Positions 30,570 through 41,725 of a DNA stretch of 64,000 nt are shown piece after piece (within the stretch, counting starts at the first letter, position 1; each line of letters begins with the position of its first letter). The position numbers and the translations under genes were made by a program. Origin of the DNA: Longimicrobiales bacterium (GTDB lineage Bacteria > Gemmatimonadota > Gemmatimonadetes > Longimicrobiales > Gaopeijiaceae); the NCBI GenBank assembly GCA_963664435.2, contig CAXXKM010000001.1, forward strand, positions 160,001-224,000, written 5' to 3'. The notes under the pieces are model-generated. The model had not been told where the DNA came from, did not search any database, and saw only the letters and a list, made by a program, of their open reading frames with translations.

Positions 30570-32408
30570 CTATAACTCCAGCTTCGGGCCCGACATGGCG
30601 GTCAGGTTGGAAAAGATCTCTTCCGTCCGCTCCCGGTCACGCGCCTCGTCGACTTCGGCCTCGTCCGGGTTGGTGGCGTAAGGTGGGAAGGGAAAGCGCA
30701 GGGGGATCGGCTCGGGCACGATCGGCTGGGACAGCACCATGGTCCCGGGCATGAAGCGCGACGCGCGCTCCCGAAGCGCGGAAGACAGGAAGCGGTAGGC
30801 ATCGGCCTCGTTCGCGTCGAGGCGCCCCGCCACCTTGAGCGACGCGTTGCGGGGGAGGGCCGGAGCGACTGCCGACGCAGCCTGCTGCGCGCCCACGAGG
30901 AGTACGCCCAAGGAACGTCCACGCTCGGCGATGTCGACCAGCAGCTCCCGCAGCGGTGAGTAACCCTTCGCGGGAGCGTACTTGTTGAGTTCGTCCAGGA
31001 CGACGAAGCGCAACGGAACACGTCCCGTCCCCTGCTTCTCGCTCCATACGCCGTCCAGCAGCGAGCCGACCACGAAGCGCTGCGCGTCGTCGTGCAGGGT
31101 GGAGATGTCGACCACGTGCACGCGCGCATTCTCGGACGACACCGGCGTGAGACCGCAACCGACCAATGGACCGATGTGCTTGCGCAGCCGCAGCAACCGG
31201 CGCAGGTAGGCCTGGCGGGTGCCCGACTGAGTGCGCCCGAACCAGGATCTGAGAATCTCGTCGTCGTCCCGGTTGGCCATCCTCTCGGTGAAATCGACGA
31301 ATCCCCCGAAATCCTCGATCACGTGGCCGGCACCCGCGCGCACTGAATCGGGCTCCTTCGCCGCGAGCCGGTCCGGGTCGAAGCTCGTGTCCTCAGGGAC
31401 GGTCGGGAGGATGACCACCGCGCCCGACTCCCCGCCCTCCAGACGGCGGAGGTGGCGTAGCAGCTGGATGCGGAACTGCTGCTCGATGAAGCCGACCTGG
31501 GTCGAGCGGTCGTCTTCGGAGGTGAAGCAGAACTGGAGCAGCTGGTCGCGGATGAACTGTTCCGGAGTCCATCCATAAGCGTGCACATCGCTGGTGTCGC
31601 GCGACTTGACCCCGGGCACGGTCCCCGAGACACCGGGCGGCCGCGGAGCGTAGAGGCGCACCGAGCGGAAGGGGCCGGGATCGCTGACGCCCAGGGCGTG
31701 CCACTGAGCACGGGCGTTCGGCCTGCCCGGGAACTCAGAGTTCGGGCGATCGAGGTGGAGCAGGTCCTCGCCCTTGGTATTGAAGACGAGCGCGCGCACG
31801 TTCTCGCGTTCGGCGCGGCCTCCAAGCAGCTCCATTCCGCCTTTCGTTTCCAGAAGCTGATAGAGGATGTACAGCGCGTACGAAGTCTTGGTCGCGACGC
31901 CCGAGATCCCCGAGATGGAGAAGTGTCCTCCTGAGCGCCCATCGACGAAGCGCATGTCTGCGTAGACGGGCTCGCCTCCCATGTCCACGCCGACCGGGAG
32001 CTTGCCGCGCTTCATCTCGTCCTCGAACAGGGCGATCGTGCGGTCCGAGCCCACCGCGCGCATGGCCACGGAACCCGCGTTCGGCGCTACGAAGAGTTCG
32101 GGGACGACGCGCAGGACCCTCACCTCTGCCAGACGCACGTGCTCAGCGGGCATGACGCGATCGACGACCCGCGCCGTATCGGAAGGCAGCTCGGCACCTT
32201 CGAAGCGGCTGCGCAACTCGGTCACGATCCCGTAGTGGGTGACCTGCGTCCCGTCCGGCAGTTTGTTGCGGACGGCGACCAGCTGGTCCAATTGCACATT
32301 CGCTTCCGGGTCGAGCACCACGTGAAACTCGCGCGAATTGCTGCCGTGCGAGCCGTCCACCAGCCCGATTCGGGGGTCCGGCGCGGTGTTTCCGTCCTGG
32401 TCGCTCAC
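30570..32408 (-). CDS. herA: HerA helicase/translocase (HAS barrel + FtsK/HerA ATPase)
   Basis: N-terminal barrel (YGIVTELRSRFEG), variant Walker A SGISGVATKTS, FNTKGEDL, Walker B FVVLDELNKYAP, AERGRSLG, GAQQ. GTG start overlaps the nurA stop; GGAGG RBS. Confidence 0.9.
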   Translation of the reverse strand: MSDQDGNTAPDPRIGLVDGSHGSNSREFHVVLDPEANVQLDQLVAVRNKLPDGTQVTHYGIVTELRSRFEGAELPSDTARVVDRVMPAEHVRLAEVRVLRVVPELFVAPNAGSVAMRAVGSDRTIALFEDEMKRGKLPVGVDMGGEPVYADMRFVDGRSGGHFSISGISGVATKTSYALYILYQLLETKGGMELLGGRAERENVRALVFNTKGEDLLHLDRPNSEFPGRPNARAQWHALGVSDPGPFRSVRLYAPRPPGVSGTVPGVKSRDTSDVHAYGWTPEQFIRDQLLQFCFTSEDDRSTQVGFIEQQFRIQLLRHLRRLEGGESGAVVILPTVPEDTSFDPDRLAAKEPDSVRAGAGHVIEDFGGFVDFTERMANRDDDEILRSWFGRTQSGTRQAYLRRLLRLRKHIGPLVGCGLTPVSSENARVHVVDISTLHDDAQRFVVGSLLDGVWSEKQGTGRVPLRFVVLDELNKYAPAKGYSPLRELLVDIAERGRSLGVLLVGAQQAASAVAPALPRNASLKVAGRLDANEADAYRFLSSALRERASRFMPGTMVLSQPIVPEPIPLRFPFPPYATNPDEAEVDEARDRERTEEIFSNLTAMSGPKLEL

Positions 32409-33390
32409 GTGGCCTCCTCTTCCCGGTTGTGCTGCATGACGGCTTCTCGAACGGCACGTAGCGCGAGCCTCGAGTCGCCGAGCAGGTGGTGAAGATGCTG
32501 TTCCAGCCGCGCGACCGGTGCAAGGTTGACCGGCGCCCGGGCATCCCGGTGGGGCGCCGACGCGAAGGCGGGAAGCCACCGCGCGGCGCGATCCACCGTG
32601 GCGATGGCCCTGCCGCTGCCCGAACTGACGGGTACCTCCAGGCGCGCGATCCCCGCCCACGGCCCCGCCCAGGGACCGGAGTCGCCCACACGGATGTAGC
32701 ACGCATAGCGTTCGCCCTTCATGGCGAAAAGACTCGTCCGTTCTCCCACGTCGAGGTTCGGCACGGTCTGCCAGTGCTCGACCGCGAGCGTGCGCCGGTG
32801 GTGGGTCTTGACGTATCCGACCACGGGAGTTCTGCGGCTGCGGCGGATGCTGTGAAGCGGTCCGTCGAATACGACCGTCAAGCCTTCCTCGAACAGGCGA
32901 TCGGCGATCGCGGCTTCGGTGTCCCTCATCAGGCGCTGGAGATGTTGCGCCGCCGCGTGGGGCTCCTCACTCTCGACCGAAAGAGACATCCAGCGCCAGC
33001 CCCCGGCGTGCGGGAGCAGGCGCACCTGCTGTCCGCCGGGGAAGATGACAGCGCGACCGATCTCCACGTGGCCGATTTCGGCCGGGCCGTCCGGGCCGAT
33101 CAGTACCGCACCCGCTCCCCACGCCCCCACGAGCCCCGCGATCGTCTCCCCGTCCGACTTCGTGCGCGTAAGGTGAGCTTCGGTTCGACGCACCCCGTCG
33201 ACGAAGCACAGACGTACCGGGGAGCCCCCGTCGGGGGGACGGTGAATTCGAAAGTGTCCCCCGTCTTCCACCACCCGGCACTCGACGGTGTGTTCATCCT
33301 CTTCGTCCGCGCGAAAGCCGGCGCCGTAGGACGCATCGAATGGCTCGACCCCGATAAAGGACCGAGACGGCGTACGGTTCATGGCCCCCA

Positions 33391-33391
<1 letters not shown>
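32405..33391 (-). CDS. nurA: NurA-family nuclease (RNase H-like fold)
   Basis: CFVDGVRR, VVFDGPL, GYVKTH, RAPVNLAPVARLEQHLHHLLGD. ATG overlaps the aroF TGA (TGATG); directly upstream of herA. Confidence 0.82.
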
Positions 33392-34440
<1,049 letters not shown>

Positions 34441-34545
34441 GTCCGATCTCGTGGATGAAAGGTGGCTGCGAAATCCGCAGGGCTGGGTGAAGTGTGGCTG
34501 AGGCGGGTGGCCGGATCGGAAGTTCGATTGCGGAGACGGCGCGGC

Positions 34546-37500
34546 TTACGCAGACGCACCCGCCTCGAGGCGAACCCCTACCACCGAGCTCACGCCCGGT
34601 TCCTCCATGGTCAGGCCGTAGATCCAGTCGGCCGCTTCGATGGTGCGCGGATTGTGCGTGATCACCACGAACTGGCTCTGCTGCTTGAACTCTCGCAGAA
34701 GCTGAACGAAGCGGTCAATGTTGCTCTCGTCAAGCGGGGCGTCCACTTCGTCCAGGACGCAGAACGGGCTCGGCTTCACAAGGTAGATGCCGAAGAGGAG
34801 CGCGAGCGCGGTGAGCGCCCTTTCTCCCCCCGACAGCAGATCGATGCGCCGGGTCTTCTTGCCCATCGGGGCGGCGTGGATGTCGACGGGCCCTCCCAGC
34901 GGATCCTCGGGGTCGCCCAGACGCAGGTCGCACTCTCCGCCGTCGAACAGGCGCTGGTAGATGTTGCGGAAGTTCTCGCGCGCGGTCTCGAAGGTCTCGA
35001 GGAAGAGCCTGGTGGCGGTCTGGTCGATCTCGCGGATGGCGGCCCGCAGGTCGTTGCGCGCCCGCTCGAGGTCGTCGCGCTGCCCGGTCAGGAAGGTCAG
35101 GCGCTCATTCTGTTCCGCATGTTCCTCGATGGCGAGCATGTTGACGGGACCCAGGCGTTCGATCGCCTGCACGAGCCCGCCCAGCTCCTCCTTGAGCTCC
35201 TCGGGGTCGCCCTCGACCGGCTCCGCCATCTCGACCAGCTTCTCGAAGGATCGCGCCCATTCCGCCTCCACGCGTTCGCGGATGAGGACGATCTTCCCGC
35301 CGAGTTCCTGCTCCTCGAGGTTCAGGTCGTGATGTCGGTCGGAGGCGGCCCGCTCGGCCGAGCGGGCGGCTTCGACCCTCCGGTCGGCCTGCTTTACCGC
35401 CTCCTTCGCCTGCCCGAGCGCCGCGTCGTCCTGTGCGAGCCGCTCCTGAGCGCGGTCACGCCGCTGGAACAGCCGCTCGACGGCCTTCCCCCCGCGCGTG
35501 AGCAGCGCGCGGGCTTCGGACAGCTCGCGCCCGAGCTGCTCTTTCTCCTTCTCCAGCCGCGCGAGCTGCGCGGAGGCCTGCGTTTCCGACCTGCCGAGAT
35601 CGCCCAGACGCTCGTCGGCGCGCGCGAGTTCGCCCTCGTGCTGATTCGACTGGATCGCGAACCGGGCTTCGTCCACGCGCGCGCGCTCCCAGTCCCCCTC
35701 CGCCACCTCGAGCACCTCGGCGGCCCGTTCTCCACGACGGCGCAGGGAGGCGGCACCCGCGGTCAGGCTGTCGAGTTCCTCCTGCTGCGCGCGCTCCTGC
35801 CCGGTCGCGGTGGCGATGGCCTCCCGGATGTCGCGGACGCGCCGCGCGAGGTCGTCGCTGTCCCGTGTCAGACGGGTGCGGCGCTCCTCGTGGGTGCTCC
35901 GGTCCGCCCGGGCGGCGCGCAGGTCGTCGTCGGCGCGGGTCAGCGCCGCGCGCCGCTCCTGGAGCACCCTCTCCGCCCGCTCGACGCGCCCCTGCGCCGC
36001 CTCGCGCGCCCCACGGGCGCGCGAGGCTTTCCGGGCAGCGGCGACGGCGGCCTCCTCGAGGGCCGCGAGCTTGCCGCGGCGTTCGAGAAGGCCGGCCGTC
36101 CCCGCGGGGTTGCCCACCACCACCACGCCGCGCGCGTCCACGGACGCGGGCGGGCGGTCACGGCCGGGCGCCTCGTCCCCGCCGGTGGAGTCCCCGGGCT
36201 CGTCGCGGTCCACCCCGGCCAGAAGTATGCGTGCCCAGGAGGCGCCCGGCCCTTCCGGGCGGAGTTCGCTCAGCAGCGACCCCGCTGGACCCGCCTCGGT
36301 GGCCTCGTCCAGCGGGAGCAGCACGATCCCTCCACCCTCGGTCCACTCCTCGGCGAACCACCTGCGCAGGCGTGCGGCGGCCTCGCCGCCCTCCACCAGC
36401 AGCGCCTGAGCCAGATGGCCCAGATACGACTCCGCGGCGCTCAGCGCGCCCGCCGGGCCTGCAATGCACTGCGACAGCGTGCCGAGAACCAGATCCGGAT
36501 GCGCCTCGCGGGCCGCCCGCACGACCGGCTCGTAGCCGGCTCCATCCCGCTCCATGATCTCGAGGGCGGTCCGCCGGGCCTCTAGCGCTGACGCCCGGTC
36601 AGCCGCCTTCACTTCGGCTGCGCGCGCCCGCGCCTGCGCAGTGCGTGCGTCCTCGAAGTCCCGCAGCCCCTCGTCCACCTTCGTGCGGGCCCGCGTCGCG
36701 GAGGCCTCGAGGCGGACCATCCGGTCGTCGGATTCCCCGCCCTCCCGGCGCATCCCGGTCAGCTCGAGCTCGGTCTGGGAGGCACGTTCCTCGAGCCGGA
36801 CCAGCCGACCATGCAACTCCTCAAGCCGCGTGCGCGAGGCGCCGACGGTGCCCTCCATGCCGGCCACCCGGCGCAGCAGTTTCCGTTCCTTGCCGCGCAC
36901 CTCCGCCAAGGTCGCGCGCGCGCGCCTCAGCCGTTCCCTCGTGCGCGCCGTAACCTGCCGCGCCTGTTGCGATTCCGCGCCCACTTCGGCCAGTTCGGCC
37001 GCGGTTCGGGCGCGCGACCTCCGCAACTCGGCCAGCTCGCGCGCCAACTCGCCGGAACGCCGACGAGCCACGTCCTGATCCTCGCCGATCTGCCCCAGTC
37101 GCCGCTCCGCGTAGACGATGCGCTCGCGCGCAACCGCCAGGTCCCGTTCCCAGCGCACCAGGTCCTTCTGGATGCTGTCGAGCACCCCCGCCGCCTCGGT
37201 GCGGGACTTCTCGGCCTCCAGGCTTCGCACCCGCGAGGCCTCGCGCTCGGTCTCGGCCGTCCGGAGCTCGATGAGCGTCGCCTGCTGCGCCTCCTGCTCG
37301 CGCGCGAGCAGCTCCCGAACCTTCGTCAGGCGATCCTCGAACTCGACGAGGTCCACCGACACCACCGCGACCTCGACCGAGAGCCGTCGCTTCCTCAGAC
37401 CGTGGTAGCGCTGTGCCTTCCCCTTCTGGCGCGCCAGCGAGCGGACCTTGGTCGCCACCTCCGCGATCACGTCCTCCAGCCGTTCCAGGTCCAGTTCGGC

Positions 37501-38049
37501 CCGGGCCAGCCGCTGTCCCGCGATCCGGCTCCGGTCCTTGTACTTGCCGATGCCCGCGGCCTCCTCGAACAACCCACGGCGCTCTCCCGCCCGCTCCGAG
37601 AGAATCGCGTCGATCATGCGGCTCTCGATGATCGCGTAGGCGTTGGCGCCGAGTCCGGTGTCCCGGCACAACTCCTGGACATCGCGCAGGCGACAGGTGG
37701 TGCGGTTGATCGAGTACTCGCTGCCGCCATCGCGGTACACCGTGCGGCCGATCTCGACTTCGCCGAAAGGCACCGGGAGCAGCCCGTCCTCGTTGGTGAC
37801 CCGGAGGATGACCGATCCGCGGTTGATGGGCCGCCGATGGACGGTTCCCTGGAAGATCACCTCTTCCATGCGTGAGCCGCGTACCACCGTGGGCCGCTGC
37901 TCGCCAAGCACCCAGCGAACGGCGTCGCTGATATTGGACTTGCCGCATCCGTTCGGGCCCACAATCGCGGTAATGCCCTCGTGGAACACGATGTCGGTGC
38001 GTTCGGGGAACGACTTGAACCCGTGCAGGCTCAGCGAGGCGAGCTTCAT
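34546..38049 (-). CDS. smc: Chromosome segregation protein SMC
   Basis: GFKSF, VGPNGCGKSN, FEEAAGI, hinge region, LGPVN..A.EE, LSGGE, PSPFCVLDEVDAPLD, ITHN. Confidence 0.96.
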   Translation of the reverse strand: MKLASLSLHGFKSFPERTDIVFHEGITAIVGPNGCGKSNISDAVRWVLGEQRPTVVRGSRMEEVIFQGTVHRRPINRGSVILRVTNEDGLLPVPFGEVEIGRTVYRDGGSEYSINRTTCRLRDVQELCRDTGLGANAYAIIESRMIDAILSERAGERRGLFEEAAGIGKYKDRSRIAGQRLARAELDLERLEDVIAEVATKVRSLARQKGKAQRYHGLRKRRLSVEVAVVSVDLVEFEDRLTKVRELLAREQEAQQATLIELRTAETEREASRVRSLEAEKSRTEAAGVLDSIQKDLVRWERDLAVARERIVYAERRLGQIGEDQDVARRRSGELARELAELRRSRARTAAELAEVGAESQQARQVTARTRERLRRARATLAEVRGKERKLLRRVAGMEGTVGASRTRLEELHGRLVRLEERASQTELELTGMRREGGESDDRMVRLEASATRARTKVDEGLRDFEDARTAQARARAAEVKAADRASALEARRTALEIMERDGAGYEPVVRAAREAHPDLVLGTLSQCIAGPAGALSAAESYLGHLAQALLVEGGEAAARLRRWFAEEWTEGGGIVLLPLDEATEAGPAGSLLSELRPEGPGASWARILLAGVDRDEPGDSTGGDEAPGRDRPPASVDARGVVVVGNPAGTAGLLERRGKLAALEEAAVAAARKASRARGAREAAQGRVERAERVLQERRAALTRADDDLRAARADRSTHEERRTRLTRDSDDLARRVRDIREAIATATGQERAQQEELDSLTAGAASLRRRGERAAEVLEVAEGDWERARVDEARFAIQSNQHEGELARADERLGDLGRSETQASAQLARLEKEKEQLGRELSEARALLTRGGKAVERLFQRRDRAQERLAQDDAALGQAKEAVKQADRRVEAARSAERAASDRHHDLNLEEQELGGKIVLIRERVEAEWARSFEKLVEMAEPVEGDPEELKEELGGLVQAIERLGPVNMLAIEEHAEQNERLTFLTGQRDDLERARNDLRAAIREIDQTATRLFLETFETARENFRNIYQRLFDGGECDLRLGDPEDPLGGPVDIHAAPMGKKTRRIDLLSGGERALTALALLFGIYLVKPSPFCVLDEVDAPLDESNIDRFVQLLREFKQQSQFVVITHNPRTIEAADWIYGLTMEEPGVSSVVGVRLEAGASA

Positions 38050-39044
38050 CGGGCGAAGTACCCGCTCACCCGCGCGAGGAGGTTGTCGTACAGTTCCCAG
38101 AGCCGGTCGGCTCCGGGCACGTCGGCGATCCCGGCATTGTCGATCCCCATCAGGATCATCACCGCCGCGAACAGGATCAGCACCACGAACGCCGAGGCGC
38201 TGAGGCCCCGACCCCGGCCGTGGGAGACGGACTCGGGTCCCGGGCCGTTTCGGGGCTGCGCGGGGGCGGTGGCCGCGGCTGCCGGAGCCGGCTCCGCTTC
38301 GGCCACGGAGGGTTCGTCCGCCTCCCCGCCGTCATCGAATCCCGGCCACAGCGTGGCTCGGTAGGTCTGCCCGCCGAGGCGGTTCTCTCCCTTCCCGGTC
38401 ACCGTCGTGACGGAGGTACCGTTGGGGGCCGGACCCAGCAGCGCGATGGCGTCCCTCAGTCCCACGCTTCCCAGCGCGCCCATGGGTTCGCCCTTGCAGC
38501 CAAGCACGATCGAAGGGGTGCCGCGCGGATGGAAGGGCGATTCGGCAGCCTGATAGGTGACGACCATGACGCCGCCCTCGACCAGCGCAGCAAGAAGTCG
38601 ATGCCACGCGGGACGGTGGAGCAGGCGGCGCGGATTCGCCACGGGAGTCCCCGCCGTGGCCACCCAGAAACTCCCGTCGTTGGCGGGGCGGGCGATTCGC
38701 CCCAGGGAAGCGCCGTACTCGATGGCGTCGCTGATGCCCTCGAGATTCTCGCTGTTGAACGCCCCGTGCAGATGGGGCTCGTCGAAGCACAGGTCGACGA
38801 GCAGCACGCGTGCTCCCCGGGAGGCCCAGCTCCCCGCGATCGCCACGGCGGCGTGGACGGCCCAATCCTTGTGGCGTGCCCTGGAGCTGGCCCGGACCTC
38901 GACCAGCCGCCCATGCTCGGAGCCGATGGGAAGGTCGCGGTCCAGGATGCCGGAGGGGACGTCCGGGGAAAAATCAAAGGGCTGCAACTGCAGCGCGGAA
39001 GCGCCGGGCTCGGATCGCGCGGATGCATCACCCGGGGGGGTCAT
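38046..39044 (-). CDS. Hypothetical protein, degenerate MinD/CpsD-like domain with C-terminal TM
   Basis: GARVLLVDL.F..P.LH..F...N.EGISD resembles the MinD/CapB region after Walker A, but no intact Walker A; C-terminal hydrophobic helix; overlaps rsfS and smc by ATGA. Confidence 0.65.
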   Translation of the reverse strand: MTPPGDASARSEPGASALQLQPFDFSPDVPSGILDRDLPIGSEHGRLVEVRASSRARHKDWAVHAAVAIAGSWASRGARVLLVDLCFDEPHLHGAFNSENLEGISDAIEYGASLGRIARPANDGSFWVATAGTPVANPRRLLHRPAWHRLLAALVEGGVMVVTYQAAESPFHPRGTPSIVLGCKGEPMGALGSVGLRDAIALLGPAPNGTSVTTVTGKGENRLGGQTYRATLWPGFDDGGEADEPSVAEAEPAPAAAATAPAQPRNGPGPESVSHGRGRGLSASAFVVLILFAAVMILMGIDNAGIADVPGADRLWELYDNLLARVSGYFAR

Positions 39045-39433
39045 GGCGGCCCGCCCTCCGTGTCCGGCGCAAGCTCGTGGCGGGGCGCGTCCCCCCAGAG
39101 CGCCTCGAGCTGGTAGAAGGACCGCACCTCTGGATGAAACACGTGTACGACGAAGTCGATGTAGTCGATGAGAACCCAGCGGCCTTCCCGCCCTCCCTCC
39201 GTGTGCGCGGGGTGGGTTCCCTCCTTGCGCAGCTGCCGGGTCACGTGGTCCGAGATCGAACGCACCTGGGTGTCGGAAGTGCCGGTCGCCAGGAGGAAGT
39301 AGTCGGTGGCCGAGGAGATGCCGCGCAGGTCGAGCACGACCACGTCGCTGGCTTTGCGTTCGAGCGTCAACCGGGCCGCCCGCCGGATCGCGGGCGGGAG
39401 GCCGGAATCGCCGAAAAGGGCAGCTTCGACCAT
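39041..39433 (-). CDS. rsfS: Ribosome silencing factor
   Basis: KASDVVVLDL, DYFLLATG.S..QV, WVLIDY.D.VVHVF...R.FY.LE.LWGDA. Confidence 0.96.
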   Translation of the reverse strand: MVEAALFGDSGLPPAIRRAARLTLERKASDVVVLDLRGISSATDYFLLATGTSDTQVRSISDHVTRQLRKEGTHPAHTEGGREGRWVLIDYIDFVVHVFHPEVRSFYQLEALWGDAPRHELAPDTEGGPP

Positions 39434-39453
39434 GCGCGGGGCGCCCGGCGGCC

Positions 39454-39909
39454 TCAGCTCGTCCTTTCCACGTGCACCGTCACCTTGACCTCCACCTCCG
39501 CGTGGAGCTTGATCGGAACGTCGAAGACGCCCAGCGTCTTGATCGGTTCTGCAAGGTTGACGTGTCGCTTGTCCAGAACGAAATCCAGCCCCGAGCTGAC
39601 CGCCCGTTCGGCGATGTCGGCAGCGGTCACGGAGCCGAACAGCTTGTCGGATTCGCCCGCGCGTGCCCGGAACACGAGGTGCATGCCCTCGAGCCTGGAG
39701 GCGCGCCGGCGGGCTTCCAGGTACGCCCTGCGGGCCCGCTCCTCCGACCGCCGCTGCTCCCGCTCCAGCCGACGGACGTTGGCCGCGGATGCTTCGTAGG
39801 CGAGGCCGCGCGGCAGGAGGAAGTTGCGGGCGTAGCCCGGTTTCACGTTCACGACATCGCCCGGTTCACCGAGGCGATCCACGGTTGCCTTGAGGATCAG
39901 TTTCACCAT
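39454..39909 (-). CDS. rplI: 50S ribosomal protein L9
   Basis: LG..GDVVNVKPGYARNFLLPRGLA, KLFGSVT, PIKTLG, LHAEV; AGGAG RBS before ATG 39909. Confidence 0.97.
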   Translation of the reverse strand: MVKLILKATVDRLGEPGDVVNVKPGYARNFLLPRGLAYEASAANVRRLEREQRRSEERARRAYLEARRRASRLEGMHLVFRARAGESDKLFGSVTAADIAERAVSSGLDFVLDKRHVNLAEPIKTLGVFDVPIKLHAEVEVKVTVHVERTS

Positions 39910-39975
39910 CCACTCCTGGTTTCTCGAAACATGCGGGCCTGCGCCGTCAGGCGCCACGCAGGCCGGGGTTTTCGG

Positions 39976-40879
39976 TCACGTCCGCTGGGCTCGGGCGCGG
40001 ATGTCCACCCAGGTGTCTCCCAGCCCGATCAGCAGTGCCGCCGCGAACAGAAAGGGTGCCAGCAGCAGGAAGGCGAGCGCAAGCAGGACCCATCCGAGGG
40101 CGGACACGCCGCGGGTCAGGGCGACCGCCACGCCAGCTCCGCGCAACGCGTAAAGCGCGCCGGTAAAGGCGAGCAGGTTCAATCCGGCCCGGCCCGTGGC
40201 GCCGTCGGCGCTGCAAAACGAACATCACCGCGCCCGCAACCAGCAGCCACACCAGCTGGTCGTTGAACCGGAAGTCGCGCAACGGGCCAAGTCCTTCGCC
40301 GCTTCCGCGCACCAGGCGGACGTAGAGCCACCATGCGGCTCCCAGCGCGGCGAGAGACGACAGTCCGAGCATCGCCGGAAACAGGTTGCTCTGCCACTCC
40401 GCCGCCTGGAATACCGTGCTGATCACGGTCCCGGGGAGCGGAGTTCCGTCCCGGAGCACGCGCAGCGCTTCCAGGGACGTGCTCACCCCGTCCCGCAACC
40501 TGGTCGCCACCATCCGGTCGATGATTGCCCAGCGCCGGGGGCTCAGTCCCAGGGCGGCCCATGCGCCGGCACCGGCAACCGCGATGGCCAGCAGCGCCCG
40601 GGGCAGGAACCGCCGTTCGGGCCACCGCAGCGTCACGGCGGCGAAGCAGCCGCCCAGGATGATCGTCCATCCACGCTCGACGTACCACAGTCCGGATCGG
40701 GTCGCGCCCGCCAGCGCCATCACCATCCCCAGAGCGCCGGCCATCACGGGCAAGGCCCGCTTCGCGGGCGCGCTGAAGACGAGCCAGGCGAAGGGGATCA
40801 GCACCAGGACGAGGGGAGCGAAGACCGAGAGCACCAGCGTCGCGAAAAACAGGGCTCCCGCCCGCCCCCAGCCCCTCAA
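39976..40879 (-). pseudogene. DUF2232/YybS membrane protein, frameshifted near 40215
   Basis: First frame is hydrophobic up to FRFNDQLVWLLVAGAVMFV and then becomes nonsense; a second frame continues SADGATGRAGLNLLAF...LIGLGDTWVDIR. Removing one base from the A4 run at 40215-40218 joins them. Confidence 0.75.
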
Positions 40880-40906
40880 CGCGGCCCCCGCCCGACCAAG
40901 GGCCGG

Positions 40907-41557
40907 CTACCCCTCGTGACGGCGCACGTAGGGAAGCAGGGCCAGGTAGCGCGCCCGCTTCACCGCCCGTCCCAGCTTGCGCTGAAATCCGGCGGCCACG
41001 CGAGTGGTGCGCCGGGGGAGGAGCTTGCCCTGCTCGGTGACGAAGCGCGACAGCGTGGCCACATCCTTGTAGTTCAGGATGGTGATCGGGGGACCTTCGA
41101 TGCGCCTGCGGTGCCCGCGCCCGCCGGAGAACTCGGGCGGGCTCGTGCGGACCTCGGCTTCTTCTTCCCCGCCCTTTTCCTCGCCCTCGGCGTTGTCGTC
41201 CCCGCGGGATTCCTCGGGCGCACGGGAGGCCGGAGGGGCCTCGGCAACCATCGACAGTCCCGATGAGGGTTCGCCCTCGTTTACGACCAGGAGGTACCGG
41301 AGCACGCCCTCGTCGAGCTTCATGATGCGCTCCAGCTCGGGCAGGCTTGCAGGATCGCCGAGAAACTGCGTCACGACGTAGTGGCCGGAGGTCTGCTTCT
41401 GGATGGGGTAGGCGAGCTTACGGCCGCCCCAGTGGTCCACGACCCTGATTTCGGCGTCCCCGCCGGATACCAGGCCGTGGAATCGGTCCATCTTCTGCTG
41501 GATGGCATCCTCGCCCAGGGCGGGATGGAAAATCACAACGAGTTCATAGTCGCGCAT
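40907..41557 (-). CDS. rpsF-rpsR: Fused ribosomal proteins bS6-bS18
   Basis: One [13 protein letters not shown]...[16 protein letters not shown]...VLRYL (bS6), an acidic linker, then [24 protein letters not shown]...[13 protein letters not shown] (bS18). Confidence 0.93.
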   Translation of the reverse strand: MRDYELVVIFHPALGEDAIQQKMDRFHGLVSGGDAEIRVVDHWGGRKLAYPIQKQTSGHYVVTQFLGDPASLPELERIMKLDEGVLRYLLVVNEGEPSSGLSMVAEAPPASRAPEESRGDDNAEGEEKGGEEEAEVRTSPPEFSGGRGHRRRIEGPPITILNYKDVATLSRFVTEQGKLLPRRTTRVAAGFQRKLGRAVKRARYLALLPYVRRHEG

Positions 41558-41725
41558 GGTCTCTCCCATGGTCCGCGTCTTGACGGGCCTCGCTCCCGGG
41601 AGGGCTGTCTGCGGGAAGATTCTCCTCCGGGGCCGAGGCGGGATCGGCAAACGGAATATACCCTTCCGGACCGGAGCTTCAACCCGGAGGCCGCCGCGTG
41701 GGCAAGGGGTTCGGTCCCGGGAAGC

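Noticed and set aside
41560..41650. S6:S18 ribosomal leader RNA upstream of rpsF
   Set aside because: Plausible by position, but I could not confidently fit the consensus structure by eye; needs an Infernal/Rfam search.
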